From assembly GCF_044704955.1 (NCBI RefSeq), contig NC_091980.1:71610001-71674000 (forward strand): a stretch of 64,000 nucleotides of DNA, written 5' to 3'. This DNA comes from Pristiophorus japonicus. Taxonomy: Eukaryota. A program made the position numbers and the translations under genes. Under the pieces are notes generated by a model that saw only the letters and a list, made by a program, of their open reading frames with translations, ran no database searches and was not told where the DNA came from. Numbering within the stretch: the stretch's first letter is position 1; every line of letters starts with the position of its first letter. Positions 1 through 13,555 of this stretch are shown here, piece by piece.

Positions 1-2341
1 AATTAGCAATCTCATTGTGCGAGGCCCCTTGGGGAAGAGTGACCATAATATGGTGGAATTCTGCATTAGGATGGAGAATGAAACAGTTAATTCAGAGACC
101 ATGGTCCAGAACTTAAAGAAGGGTAACTTTGAAGGTATGAGGCGTGAATTGGCTAGGATAGATTGGCGAATGATACTTAAGGGGTTGACTGTGGATGGGC
201 AATGGCAGACATTTAGAGACCGCATGGATGAATTACAACAATTGTACATTCCTGTCTGGCGTAAAAATAAAAAAGGGAAGGTGGCTCAACCGTGGCTATC
301 AAGGGAAATCAGGGATAGTATTAAAGCCAAGGAAGTGGCATACAAATTGGCCAGAAATAGCAGCGAACCTGGGGACTGGGAGAAATTTAGAACTCAGCAG
401 AGGAGGACAAAGGGTTTGATTAGGGCAGGGAAAATGGAGTACGAGAAGAAGCTTGCAGGGAACATTAAGGCGGATTGCGAAAGTTTCTATAGGTATGTCA
501 AGAGAAAAAGGTTAGTAAAGACAAATGTAGGTCCCCTGCAGTCAGAATCAGGGGAAGTCATAACGGGGAACAAAGAAATGGCAGACCAATTGAACAAGTA
601 CTTTGGTTCAGTATTCACTAAGGAGGACACAAACAACCTTCCGGATATAAAAGGGGTCAGAGGGTCTAGTAAGGAGGAGGAACTGCGGGAAATCTTTATT
701 AGTCGGGAAATTGTGTTGGGGAAATTGATGGGATTGAAGGCCGATAAATCCCCAGGGCCTGATGGACTGCATCCCAGAGTACATAAGGAGGTGGCCTTGG
801 AAATAGCGGATGCATTGACAGTCATTTTCCAACATTCCATTGACTCTGGATCAGTTCGTATCGAGTGGAGGATAGCCAATGTAACCCCACTTTTTAAAAA
901 AGGAGGGAGAGAGAAAACAGGGAATTATAGACCTGTCAGCCTGACCTCAGTAGTGGGTAAAATGATGGAATCAATTATTAAGGATGTCATAGCAGCGCAT
1001 TTGGAAAATGGTGACATGATAGGTCCAAGTCAGCATGGATTTGTGAAAGGGAAATCATGCTTGACAAATCTTCTGGAATTTTTTGAGGCTTTCCAGTAAA
1101 GTGGACAAAGGAGAACCAGTTGATGTGGTATATTTGGACTTTCAGAAGGCTTTCGACAAGGTCCCACACAAGAGATTAATGTGCAAAGTTAAAGCACATG
1201 GGATTGGGGGTAGTGTGCTGACGTGGATTGAGAACTGGTTGTCAGACAGGAAGCAAAGAGTAGGAGTAAATGGGTACTTTTCAGAATGGCAGGCAGTGAC
1301 TAGTGGGGTACCGCAAGGTTCTGTGCTGGGGCCCCAGCTGTTTACATTGTACATTAATGATTTAGATGAGGGGATTAAATGTAGTATCTCCAAATTTGCG
1401 GATGACACTAAGTTGGGTGGCAGTGTTAGCTGCGAGGAGGATGCAATGAGGCTGCAGAGTGACTTGGATAGGTTAGGTGAGTGGGCAAATGCATGGCAGA
1501 TGAAGTATAATGTGGATAAATGTGAGGTTATCCACTTTGGTGGTAAAAACAGAGAGACAGACTATTATCTGAATGGTGACACATTAGGAAAAGGGAAGTT
1601 GCAACGAGACCTGGGTGTCATGGTACATCAGTCATTGAAGGTTGGCATGCAGGTACAGCAGGTGGTTAAGAAAGCAAATGGCATGTTGGCCTTCATAGCG
1701 AGGGGATTTGAGTACAGGGGCAGGGAGATGTTGCTACAGTTGTACAGGGCCTTGGTGAGGCCACACCTGGAGTATTGTGTACAGTTTTGGTCTCCTAACT
1801 TGAGGAAGGACATTCTTGCTATTGAGGGAGTGCAGCGAAGATTCACCAGACTGATTCCCGGGATGGTGGGACTGACCTATCAAGAAAGACTGGATCAACT
1901 GGGCTTGTATTCACTGGAGTTCAGAAGAATGAGAGGGGACCTCATAGAAACGTTTAAAATTCTGACGGGTTTAGACAGGTTCGATGCAGGAAGAATGTTC
2001 CCAATGTTGGGGAAGTCCAGAACCAGGGGTCACAGTCTAAGGATAAGGGGGAAGCCATTTAGGACCGAGATGAGGAGAAACTTCTTCACCCAGAGAGTGG
2101 TGAACCTGTGGAATTCTCTACCACAGAAAGTAGTTGAGGCCAATTCACTAAATATATTCAAAAGTGAGTTAGATGAAGTCCTTACTACTCGGGAGATCAA
2201 GGGTATGGCGAGAAAGCAGGAAGGGGGTACTGAGGTTTCATGTTCAGCCATGAACTCATTGAATGGCGGTGCAGGCTAGAAGGGCTGAATGGCCTGCTCC
2301 TGCACCTATTTTCTATGTTTCTCTGTTTCTATGTTTCTATG
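1..2341 (+). mobile_element. Young CR1 LINE, ORF2 (reverse transcriptase) through 3' end, one frameshift near 1085
   Basis: ORFs 17-1099 and 1083-2279 with [23 protein letters not shown]; ends in (TTTCTATG)n tail. Confidence 0.95.
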
Positions 2342-2740
2342 AATGTTACTTGCCATTTATCAGCCCAAGCCTGAGTGTCATCCAGGTCTTGCTGCATGCG
2401 GGCATGGACTGCTTCATTATCTGAGGAGTTGCGAATGGCACTGAACACTACAGTCATCAGCGAACATCCTTACTTCTGACCTTATGTTGGAGGGAAGGTC
2501 ATTGATGAAGCAGCTGAAGATGGTTGGGCCTAGGACTGCTGTGCGGAACTCCTGCAACGATATCCTGAGGCTGTGATGATTGACCTCCAACCATCACAAT
2601 CATCTTCCATTGTGTTAGATATGACTCCAGCCAGTGGAGAGTTTTTCCCCTGATTCCCATTGACTTCAGTTTTACTAGGACTTCTTGATGCCACACTTGG
2701 TTAAATGCTGCCTTGATATCGAGGGCAGTCACTCTCACCT
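2342..2740 (-). mobile_element. CR1-group LINE RT fragment of a different family
   Basis: ORF 2499-2783 ALDIKAAFNQVWHQ...LHWLESYL...GVP. Confidence 0.75.
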
Positions 2741-2869
2741 CAATGCAGTGCTTATTGGCTGAACGTGCATGGTGCCGTTGCAATCAAAATCATCGAAAAG
2801 GCCTGTCATTTATTTTTCCTTCTGGAGCATTTAACTTTTATCACCTCGAGACAAGTGTTTGGAATATTT

Positions 2870-3500
2870 ACTCAGGTTGATAAGGCTGTAAAGAAAGCTA
2901 ACGGAATTCTAGGCTTTATCACAAGAGGTAGTGAAGATAAAAGCTAAGTGGTAATGATGAGCCTGTATAAAATGTAACAAGACCTCAGATAGAGTACTGT
3001 GTACAGGATTAGGCACCATGATACAAGAAGGATATTGAGGCTTTAGAGATGGTATAACACATATTCACTAGGATGCTGACTGGTATGAAGAAATACAAAT
3101 ACGATGGAATATAAAAAACTGGTTTGTTTGTTTTTTGTTAGAACAAAGCAGATTAGAGGGCGATATGATAGAAGTGTTTAACATTATGAAAGGATCCGAT
3201 AGGATCGATAGAATGACTGTGTCCAGTGCCATAGATACAAGATTAAATGTAAAAGATTTAGAACAGAGGACAAGAGAAACCTCTTCACACAGAGTTGTGA
3301 AGCTGTGGAATATACTTCCAGGCTTAATGGTTGAGGCTGAAACAATGTCAACGTTCAAGATTAGATTGGATAGTTGGATGAAGGAAAAGGAGACAAAGGG
3401 AAATGGGAGCAAAGTTGGTGAATGTGATTCGAACTATTTGCTCATGTGGAAGATAAACACCAACAAGGAGTGGTTGGGCGAAATGGCCTGTTTCTGTGTT
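2870..3500 (+). mobile_element. Old CR1 3' fragment
   Basis: KKANGILGFI and LEQSRLEGDMIEVFNI...RVVKLWN remnants with stops. Confidence 0.75.
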
Positions 3501-3830
3501 GCAGCTTCGAAGCATTTCCTCCAATCCTCTCTCCTGGGTCTTCCTGTTCTGAATGTAACAACATGATATCACAGATGCTCTTACCCAGCAAGCCAATAGG
3601 TGGTCACAATATTTAATTTTCTAACCATTATATAAATGTTATATTATTAAAAAAACAATAATTAAAATCAGCTATATTTTATGGATTAAATATGTTGATT
3701 TATTCACAAAGTAAATAATTGCTTAGAATCTCCAAAATATTCATACTCTCCACTGAAACTGGTTTGTGAAAGCAAGAGCTGATGAGGAAACTTGACTCCA
3801 TTGTAATTTGAACTATAACTATACACTTAC

Positions 3831-3907
3831 CTGTTCCTGGAGAGGTTTTGCTGAGATTTCATTGGTGAAGCCTGTAGTTGTGTTATAATTCAAGGGAGCA
3901 GATTTAT
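3831..3907 (-). CDS. SLC4-like coding exon 4 (77 nt); gene continues beyond position 1
   Basis: ttttctctgcAG / GTAAGT; NKSAPLNYNTTTGFTNEISAKPLQEQ aligns with NBCe1 ...LNDISDKPEKDQ; phase 1 to phase 0. Confidence 0.85.
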
Positions 3908-4174
3908 CTGCAGAGAAAAGTAAAATATTTTGCCAAAATATACTTTATATTTGTTTATCAATTCTGGAAACATTCTGACGACATTTCTGACTGACACGAG
4001 GTCTAACTAAACAATTTATTTGACAGTAACAGAGACACCAATAGTGATCTTGTAAGCAACAGTGCAAAAATGTTATCTGTTGGTCAACATTGAATGATAT
4101 ATCCACTGTTGTTCAGATATATAGAATTCACTTTATACTTAATTTGTAAATACATGAAATTCTTACCACATTAT

Positions 4175-5800
4175 TAAAGTCAATGATTTAGACTTGAATG
4201 TAGGGGGTATGATTAATAGGTTTGCAGATGATACAAAAATCGGCTGTGTAGTTGATAATGAATACTGCAGGAAGATATCAACGAACTGGTCAGATGGGCA
4301 GAATAGTGCCAAATGGAATTCAATCCAGAGAAGTGTGAGGTAATGCATTTGGGGAGGGCTAACAATGTAAAGGAATACACAATAAATGGTAGGACACTGA
4401 GAAGTGTAGAGGAACAGAGGGACCTTGGAGTGCATGTCCACAGATCCCTGAAGGTAGCAGGCTAGGTAGGTAAGGTGGTTAAGAAGGCATACTTGCCTTT
4501 ATGAGCCGAGGCATAGAATACGAAAGCAGGGAGGTTATGCTTTCAACTGCATAAAACACTAGTTAGGCCACAGCTAGAGTACTGCGTGCAGTTCAGGTCA
4601 CCACATTCCAGGAAAGATGTGATTGCGCTGGAGAGGGTACAGAGGAGATTTACGAGAATGTTGCCTAGACTGGAGAATTTTAGCTATAAGGAAAGATTGC
4701 ATACGCTGGGGTTGCTTCCTTTGGAACAGAGGAGATTGAGGGGAGACCTTATTGAGTGTATAAAATTATGGGGGGCCTAGATAGAGTGGATAGGAAGGAC
4801 CTATTTCTCTTAGCAGAGAGGTCAACAACCAGGGGGCATAGATTTAAGTTAATTGGTAGGAGGTTTAGAGGGGATTTGGGGGAAATGTTTTCACCCATAA
4901 GATGGTGGGGGTCATTGCCTGAAAGGATGGTAGAGGCAGAGACCCTTGCACATTTAAAAAGTGCTTGGATATGCACTTGAAGTGCTGTAACCTACAAGGC
5001 TACGGACCAAGAGCTGGAATGTGGGATTGTCTGGATAGCTGTCAGCCGACACGGACACAATGGCCTCCTTCCATGCTGTAAATTTCTATGATTCTATGTT
5101 GAAGGATTATCAGAGAGAAATAGTCAAACATTCATTAAAATGTCCTGAACAGGTACAGAAAATAATCAAAAAGGCTAATGGAATGCTGGCCTTTATATCT
5201 AGAGGACTAGAACACAAGGGGGTAGAGAGGTTATACTGCAGCTATACAAAACCCTGGAGTACTGTGAACAGTTCTAAGCACCACATTTTAGGAAGGATAT
5301 ATTGGCCTTGGAGGGAGTGCAGCGTAGATTTACCAGATTGATACCCGGGCTTCAAGGGTTAAGTTACAAGGAGAGATTACACAAATTAAGGTTGTATTCC
5401 CTAGAATTTAGACAATTATGGGGTGATCTGATTGAAGTTTTCATGATATTAAGGGGAACAGATAGGGTAGATAGAGAGAAACTCTTTCCATTGGTTGGGG
5501 ATTCAAGGACTGGGGGCACAGTCTGAAAATTAGAATCAGACCTTTTCGGAGTGAAATCAGGAAACACTTCTACACACAAAGGGTGGTAGAAGTTTGGAAC
5601 TCTCATCCGCAAACGGCAACTACTGCTAGATCAATTGTTCATTTAAATCAGAGATTGATAGCTTTCTGTTAACCAAAGTTATTAAAGGATATGGGCCAAA
5701 GGCAGGTATATGGAGTTAGGTCGCAGATCGCCATGATCTCATTGAATGATGTAACAGACTCAGGGGCTGAATGGTCTACTCCTGTTCCTATGCTCCTATG
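4175..5800 (+). mobile_element. Two tandem decayed CR1 3' fragments (~4175-5097, ~5120-5800)
   Basis: ALERVQRRFTR / RLRGDLIE motifs; tails tttctatgattctatg and ttcctatgctcctatg. Confidence 0.8.
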
Positions 5801-8800
5801 GTAAGTCAAGATAGCATCTTCTGATACTCACAGTACAGATTTACTGTACAATTGAGCAAAGATTCCGTTCTGGAATATTGTAGCTGTCTTATGAATCATG
5901 GGAAATCGTGGCATAATATCTTCAATGCAGCAGCACAAGGGTAACATCAGGACAAAGAACATGCACTACCATTATTGCTGTTGTATTCCACTGGCAGCAT
6001 ATCAAAAATAGTAACTGTTCTGTTCCTCTCCCTCCCTAAATGTGAACGTTGTTTGTGTATATTTCTCAGGAAAAACAATTAAAACACAAATAGCACATTT
6101 GGATACATAGCCAGAACAATGGTGTCCAATTTGCGCAGCGATTATGCTGGTGTATGATGATATACTAGTCCAATCTCACTTGGAAAACCAAACACAATTT
6201 TGGTCACCGCTCAAAACAAAGGAGAGGCTGCAGAGATCATCAACAAAAATTACCTCTAGTGTGAAGGGGATAAGGAAAATTAGGGATGTTTAAACTCTTC
6301 AGCATTTAAAGACAGTTAAGCAGACACCTCACCAACGTATATAAAATATTGCATGTCATAAGTAAGGTAATCCCAGAGTATTGTTTTAAATTAGGCCAAA
6401 AGAAAAAGAGAACACAATTTTAAATGAATGAAAAGTCAATGTAAAACAAATTTTAGGAAAATATGTTCACTCAAAAGCTTATTAATGTTTGGAATGAGTT
6501 ACCAGATAAAGCAGTGGAATTGAAAAAAAGGAGGCACAAAAGGAGGCAATTTAATCCAGCCTGCCTATACCAGTGCTAGCTACCTGCCTTGCTCTTGGAA
6601 GTAGTTGTATGCTAGGCTGGGTGAGTTGAAATATTAAAGGGACATTTTTAATGAGCTGAGTAGCCTTTTCTCATTCTTAATTTTTCTTATGTTCTTACCA
6701 CCAAAAGTGTATGATTGCACACCTGAAGGGTAGTTTCCCATCTGTTCTCATAATTGTGTGAAATCATTATGTAAATATACGAGGAGTGATTACACAAATT
6801 AGGTTTGTATTCCCTAGAATTTAGATGGTTAAGAGGTGATCTGATTGAAGTTTTCACGATATTAAGGGGAACAGATAGGGTAATTAGAGAGAAACTCTTT
6901 TCTCCGGTTGGGGATTCTAGAACTCAAAATTAGAACCAAACTGAAGTACTTTAGCTACATCTATATTTGTTCAAAAGTCCAGTTCAATGTGGAGTTTAAG
7001 TGCACATAGATGACTAAAAAACAGATGTGAACAAAACAAAACCATTCCCTTTTTAAGTGGCATTTTACTTTCTTCCTCCATTCTCCACTAGTTTTTCTCC
7101 TTAAGACATTTATTCCTTGCTGGAATACTTTTTTCTATTATTAATTCTCAAGATATAGGCATTGTTGGCAAGGCTGCCATTTATTGTCCATTACCTGTGC
7201 CCTTGAGAAGGTGGGCCTTCTTCTTGAAGTCTGTGTGGTAAAACCATTGCCATCCGTGTGCCTGTTCTAGAAGCCTGTTCAAGATAACTCCGGTACCTTG
7301 TCCAAATAACCATTCGTCATATGTGAGCCTAGACAGTTAGTGTCAGCAGGCTAATTCTACTGATGAGAACATCTCAGCCAAGTCCAATCCTCTCCTCCAC
7401 ATACACATTTCCAGCTAGATGGTGATCTGGAGTGAAATCGTAATCCAGGAGCAATGTTTCCTTTAAGCTGTGCAGCCATGCAGTGCTCTGGAGGTCCTGC
7501 ACAGGCCAATTGTTGGCTTCACAATGGAAAAATGACCTGTGTGGAAATTTGAATGGACTGCACTGCCTTCTAAAGGGCTGGGCACCCCAAAAAAATTACC
7601 CAGGATCACTGAGGCCATTCTTAGCAACCATATGGTGATCTCAGCTGACATCATTTAGCTGAACAGTTACTGGGAATAAAACCTGTGATTTTTCTGGTCT
7701 ATATGGTTCAGGCAGTCATATTCTCAACTAGTTGAGCCATTGGAGACCACAAAACTGAGTTCTTTAACAATATTATTCCATCTTGCGTGCATAAAGGATT
7801 CCTTATGTATGTAACAATATGATGAATTATGCTGTTGTTACTCTACTCTCAACAGAATGGTATCATACTATAGTGCCTCTGAGTTACCATGCCAGTTTTG
7901 ATTCAGCAAAGCAATTTAAATTGTACTGTATATAGTCCTGTTTATAATGGTGGGAGAACTGCTTAAATCAAATTTATAAATCAAATCAGACTTTTGTTTT
8001 CAAAAAAACAATGAACTTAGGAATCATGCCAGTTTGGCAACTGTGTAGTTAAACAGGATATAAGCAATGCTGATATTTGCTCTCTGGTGTCCCAATGGAG
8101 CACATTCTCAACTGGTTCACTAGGTGGAGCACTGCAAAGCAATTCTGAGGACAGGAAACTGTGGCAGGAACAGCTGAATTTTCAGTCCTGCACAGTTGTA
8201 CTGGCTATCAGCTAGAGTCATGTCAAATAGCCCATACTATGCAACGTCATAATTAAATGAGGAATTGTGGGAGTGAGAAGTAGCAGGATGGAACTGAGAT
8301 GGTATGAGCACTGCAAATTCAGTAATAATGCAATTGGTTTTTAAAAAATTACATTCTAGGTAAACACCAGTCTTTGAGTTTTAGTTACTCATGCCAAATT
8401 ATCTATTGGCAGTACAGTTGAGCCGCAGAATTCCTGTCTGTGATCTTTGCCACACCATCAGGAAAATGCCAAGCACAAGCTAGTGTTTTCTCAAAGGGAG
8501 GGAAATCATTTAAATCTTCAAGATCCATTCTCACAGCCACTTAGTGAAGGTGCGAGAAGCTGGCAGTGCCCATTTAACCGTGCACTAAAATATGTTAGTG
8601 CCACTGGGAAATGAGGAAAAAAGGCCAGAGTTGGAACGAAAAACAACCTCAACCTTCTCTGTGTAATCAGGGCTGCTTGGGGCAGCACTGGCAGAGAGAT
8701 GGCAGTAAGTTGGTTGGCTGCCCTGTCAGACAGGCGATGGAAGCTGCAGAGGACCTAAAATGAAAGGAGAAACATAAACTACAAATGGAAACAGAGAGGG

Positions 8801-8838
8801 AAAAGACTAGCACAGAATGACTTAAAGAAATGACTTAC

Positions 8839-8991
8839 TTGATAAGGACATTCTCCTTGCTAGATCGACCATGTTCTGCATTCTGGACTTTTTTGTGTGG
8901 TGACTGTGATTCCTAAGAAGGACGTACATGACCTTTTCCTTGAGCTCATTTCTAAGATTGCCATTTGTAATTTCATTGTTGACTATTGTCT
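8839..8991 (-). CDS. SLC4-like coding exon 3 (153 nt), not in ORF track
   Basis: Hand translation ETIVNNEITNGNLRNELKEKVMYVLLRNHSHHTKKSRMQNMVDLARRMSLS, aligns with NBCe1 ...[21 protein letters not shown]; tttcAG / GTAAGT. Confidence 0.92.
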
Positions 8992-9729
8992 CTGAAATGA
9001 AACAGATTTTAAAGATGAAATCTAATATTCAATTTGATGCGAAATGAATGTGCCTAACAATGATCAAATCTCTAATTTTCCACTGTTATCATCTCCCCTG
9101 AAGGCTGCTATTTATTAGGTTATGGTCCAGCATGGACCAGCAGTCTGGTATCTTGCCCGAGTGGCAATTTTTCATATGCAAGTCACATAATCAGTCAGAC
9201 AAACTTGCACACAGACACTCGCTCCAGATGGGGGTCATAGGATACCAATCAGGAGCAACAACTGTGGCTGATTTCTCCCTGGCCTAACTCAGAGACACCA
9301 AGACCAATTGTAGCACCTTACATGCTGCCCTGGCTGAAATTATGCCAAAGGACTGGAGGATTGCAAATGTTACACCCTTGTTCAAAAAAGGGGAGAAGGA
9401 TAAACCTGGCAATTACAGGCCAGACAGTTTAACGTCGGTGGTGGGGAAGCTTTAATAAACAATCCGGGAGAAAATTTTCAGCCACGTGGACAAGCATGGA
9501 CTAAAGGAGAGCCAACATGGATTTGTTAAGGGCAAATCGTGCATGACTAACTAGACTGAGTTGTTTGATGAGGTGGATGAGGGCATTGCAGTTGATGCTG
9601 TTTTTATGGTCTTTCAAATGGTGATTGATAAAGTACCACATACTCGGCTTGTTACCAAAATTGAAGCCCATGGGATAAAAGGGGTAATAGCAGCACGAGT
9701 ACAAAATTGGCTAAAGGATAGAAAACAAA

Positions 9730-10580
9730 GGGCCCTAACTTGGTCAAAGCTAAGGTCTGCCCAAAGGACCGCCAAGAGACGTGGCAGTACTTTTGCAGGG
9801 AGATTCCTCAAAAAGATCTGCAAAGACCGCCCGGCGGCAAGAAAATGACTTACGCCCTGAATGTGGGTGGCAGCGGGAGGAAGCTAACAATCTCGGCGGC
9901 AAATGCAATTCTCGCCAAAGTGCCGCCGAGGATCGAGTCGGGCCCAAGGAGGGGGTAATATGTTCTTACTATACAGTATAAATGCACACGAGGCCCACAC
10001 TTGAGAGAAGGTCACTCTGTGACCAGTTACCTTTATTACCAAGACCTCAAGTGATGAAGGTGGGTGAAGCTTCCCCTTTTATACCTGAGAGGCCAGGTTA
10101 GGAGTGTCTCCCACAAGTTCACCCCCTTGTGGTCAATGTTCTCAACTTAGGTCAGCTTATACATGGGTTACAATGATAGCTGAATACATGACAGGGGAAA
10201 CACATAAAAATAAAAATTTACACAAAAAAAAACACTGGAAAACCTTCGGGGACCCCATCCACCTGGATCACTTTTTTTTAAAAAATTTAAAAAGAAGTTT
10301 ACTAACCTTTTTCTGCAGGTCTTCATACTTACCGTTAGGGTTAGACCTGCCTCCACACAGCGGTCCTTCCCCCTGCTGCCACTGACACCCGCCCAGAGGA
10401 ATCTGGCAGCTCGGCGGGCGGGAGAACACTTTCGTGCTTTGCGCGCTAGCGGATGTCAGCGGGCGGTTCCTAGCAGTCCTCCCCTCCCGCCAGCAGGAGG
10501 CCTAGAGGAAACTGGCACCGAGGGGAGACCCCCCAAAAAACTCGGTGGCAGCAGGCGGTAAGTCCACCAAGTTCGGGCCC
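9730..10580. mobile_element. Non-autonomous DNA transposon (PIF/Harbinger-like MITE)
   Basis: TIR GGGCCCTAACTTGGT / ACCAAGTTCGGGCCC (14 of 15 match); 3-bp TSD AAA at 9727-9729 and 10581-10583. Confidence 0.8.
9956..10193 (-). mobile_element. Probable solo LTR inside the MITE
   Basis: Minus strand begins TGTCATG, has TATAAAA and AATAAA in LTR order; flanked by G-runs (imperfect TSD); left boundary uncertain. Confidence 0.6.
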
Positions 10581-11938
10581 AAAGAGTTGTGGTGAATAGC
10601 TGTTTTTCGAACTGGATGGAGGTATACAGTGCTGTTCCGCAAGGTTCAGTACTAGGACCACTGCTGTTTTTGATATACATTAATGACTTGGACTTGGGGA
10701 TACAGGGCACAATTTTGAAATTTGGAAATGACATGAAACTTGGAAGTGTTGTAAACAATGAGGAAGATAGCGAAAGATTTCAAGAAGCCAGAGAAAGGCT
10801 GGTGGAATGGACGGACCATGGCAGATGAAATTAAATGCCGAGAAATGTGTGGTGATAGATTTTGTTAGGAAGAATGAAGACAGACCACACACACTAAATG
10901 GTACATTTTTTTTCAAGGGGGTGCAAGAACAGAGAGATTTGGGGGTGCTTGAAGGTGGCAGGACAGGTTAACAAAGCATTTAGTAAAGCATATGGGATCC
11001 TAGGTTTTATAAATAGAAGCATAGAGTACAAAAGCCAGGAGGGGTACAGTAGCATAGTGGTTATGTTACTGGATTAGTAATCCAAGGACCTGGACTAATG
11101 ACCCGGTAACATTAGTAACATTATATGTTCTGGTATGAGCAATAGTGCGACATTTTAATCTGATGATATCAAAAACTTGAAAGTGTGCTTCAATAAAAAA
11201 TTTAAGAATACTATTTTTCTCTGTAATTAATAACCTGATAATGAAATTGTGATTTTGTTAGCACGTTGTTAATTTTTTTTTAAATAGATGTTCTGGTGTA
11301 TTTCATCTCCTTACTAGCCCAGAGCACCAAGGTCAATTGTAGCATCCATCTGTTGCTTCATCTGAGATCAGTTCATTTAGCACTGACCAGGAATCAAGCC
11401 TGGCATGTCCTGGCCTGTATATCTCAGTGCTGCACCAGGTGTTACATTTTATCCACATGGTTATTTTTAATAAATAAGTCTACATAGAGCAGGCTATACG
11501 GATGACAAGTTAAACCGAGCAGTGCACTTGATCCTATCTCAAGACAGGCACTTTCCATTAGCAGATCACTGGATAACAGTCAGGAGGAGGAATTGTGATT
11601 AATCTTGCTCTCCCATTGGGGGAGCTTGACCCAATCAAATTTAACAGAATCTACTTCCCAAAACTAGTTAAAAAAGAAATTATTGGAACTGCATAGCAGG
11701 TTAGCATCTGAAAAAGAAATATTGGAACTCTCTGGCAGCATCAGCTCAATCTGCACTGTAGCTGCTTTGGTTTCATTGAATTCTTTATCTCAGTCACCAC
11801 TTTATTTTAGGAAGCAAAGACTGGTATAATTTTTTGAGTTCTAATGAAGGATCCAAACCCAAAACATTAACTGATCTTTCTCTTTCAAATGTTCACTGAC
11901 TTGTGATACATTTCCAGCATTATCTATTTTTCCCCTTA

Positions 11939-12392
11939 AAGTGTCAGCGGTGGCTCAGTGCGTAGCACCCTTGCCTCTGAGTCAGAAGGTTGTGAGTTCA
12001 AGTCCCACTCCAGGAACTTGAGCACATAAATCTAGGTTGACACTCAAAAACCATGATGAGGGAGTCAGAGGTGTCATCTTACAGATGACAAGTTAAACCG
12101 AGACCGCGTCTGCTCTCTCCGGTGAACGTAAAAGATACCACAGCACTATTTCGAAGAAGAGCAGGGAAGTTATCCCTGGTATCCTGGCCAATATTTATCC
12201 CTCAATCAACATAACAAAAAACAGATTAACTGATCATTATCACATTGCAATTTGTGGGAGTTGCTGTGCACAGGTTGGCTGCTGCATTTCCCTCATTACA
12301 ACAGTGACTGCACTCCAAAAGTACTTCATTGGCTGTAAAGCGCTTTGAGACATGAAAGGCGCTATAAAAATGCAAGTCTTTCTTTCTTTTCC
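11939..12392 (+). mobile_element. Full-length tRNA-derived SINE (DeuSINE/SacSINE-like)
   Basis: A box TGGCTCAGTGCG, B box GTTCAAGTCC, tail AATGCAAGT(CTTT)n; same 3' end recurs at ~32365-32478, ~49225-49310, ~52925-53035 and (minus) ~62245-62340. Confidence 0.8.
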
Positions 12393-12486
12393 TTGTTTCC
12401 CACAACAAATCCAGTTTTATGATGTTATCTACACAGGATAAACAAATTTCAAAAAAGTGTATTACTTACAAATGCCAATTAGTTAC

Positions 12487-13440
12487 TGGGGACGATTTTC
12501 ATTTTGCTATGCCCTGTTTACACCTAAAATGTGGGGAGTAGCAAGATGAAAATCATGTGGGACACAGAATTGTTGACTAGTTGTCTGCATTTTCTGATTT
12601 TCAGGTGGATCTCCATTTAGGTGGTGGAAGTTCCCACTGGAATAGGCACAGGCCTATTGATTATATCCAGATCAGAGTCTAATGGTATTGTCAAGACTCC
12701 CAGTGCAATTTTTGTCTCTGCCTGTATTACTTCAATAAGTTCCTGTCAACAAACCTTCAGCACAAATCAGTGGGTGGCTGTTTCCAGCTGTATATAAAGG
12801 AATTCTCAGCTGCTCTCAGGTAAAACACTGGAAGTATTTGGGAGACATTTTGCTTCTATTACGTTGCGGATTTTTTGCTACGTAGACCATTTCAAAGTGC
12901 TTATAATGGCTGTACAACATCCTGAACTCTTATGGGGCTTCTGGCGACAGACTATTTTCTTGATGGAGGACTTTCTGGCAATTCTGCTCTGGCACGTGGA
13001 AGAGAAGGAGGATCAGCAGCAGCAGAGGGAAGAAGCAATCAGAGCTCCAGCTGCAGGAACAGCAAATAGAATCATAGAATGGTTACAGCACAGAAGGAGG
13101 CCATTTGGCCCATCGAGTCCATGCCAACACTCTGCAAGAGCATTTAGCTTGTCCCACGGAGGTGTTCCTGCAGGAATCCTTACTCTCCCAACAAAGTTTA
13201 AAGACCGAAGACTACATAGGATTACATATGATATATGGCACAGAAGTAGACCATTCAGCCCAACCAGTCCATGCTGGCATTCATGCTTCACTCTAGCCTC
13301 CTCCCATCTTTCCTTATCTAACTCCACACCTGCACTTGTCTGAGGAGCAGTGCATAAGGGGGCTGTGCTTCTCTAGGGAGGTTGTCACAGTGTTGTGTTG
13401 CCTTTTGCAACAAGACTTTCAACTAAATGCCGCAGCTAGC
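12487..13440 (+). mobile_element. Degenerate Harbinger-type transposon remnant with small LINE-tail inserts
   Basis: EEQCIRGLCFSREVVTVLCCLLQQD at ~13342-13416 resembles the N-terminus of the transposase relic at 23.4-24.0 kb. Confidence 0.5.
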
Positions 13441-13555
13441 AAATGTTCATATTATGAGAAAATGCTCATTTTACATTGAAGTTCTGATACTGCATTTTTC
13501 TCTCTGACTATCACTGAGAAAACCATTACAAGCAGTCTCATCAATATAAACCATT

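Larger units (their letters stand above)
9340..11040 (+). mobile_element. Decayed CR1 RT fragment split by a MITE
   Basis: NWLKDRKQR ends at 9729 and resumes at 10584 with [17 protein letters not shown]. Confidence 0.85.

Noticed and set aside
11947-12015. tRNA gene
   Set aside because: A/B boxes continue into a SINE body and tail; no convincing cloverleaf
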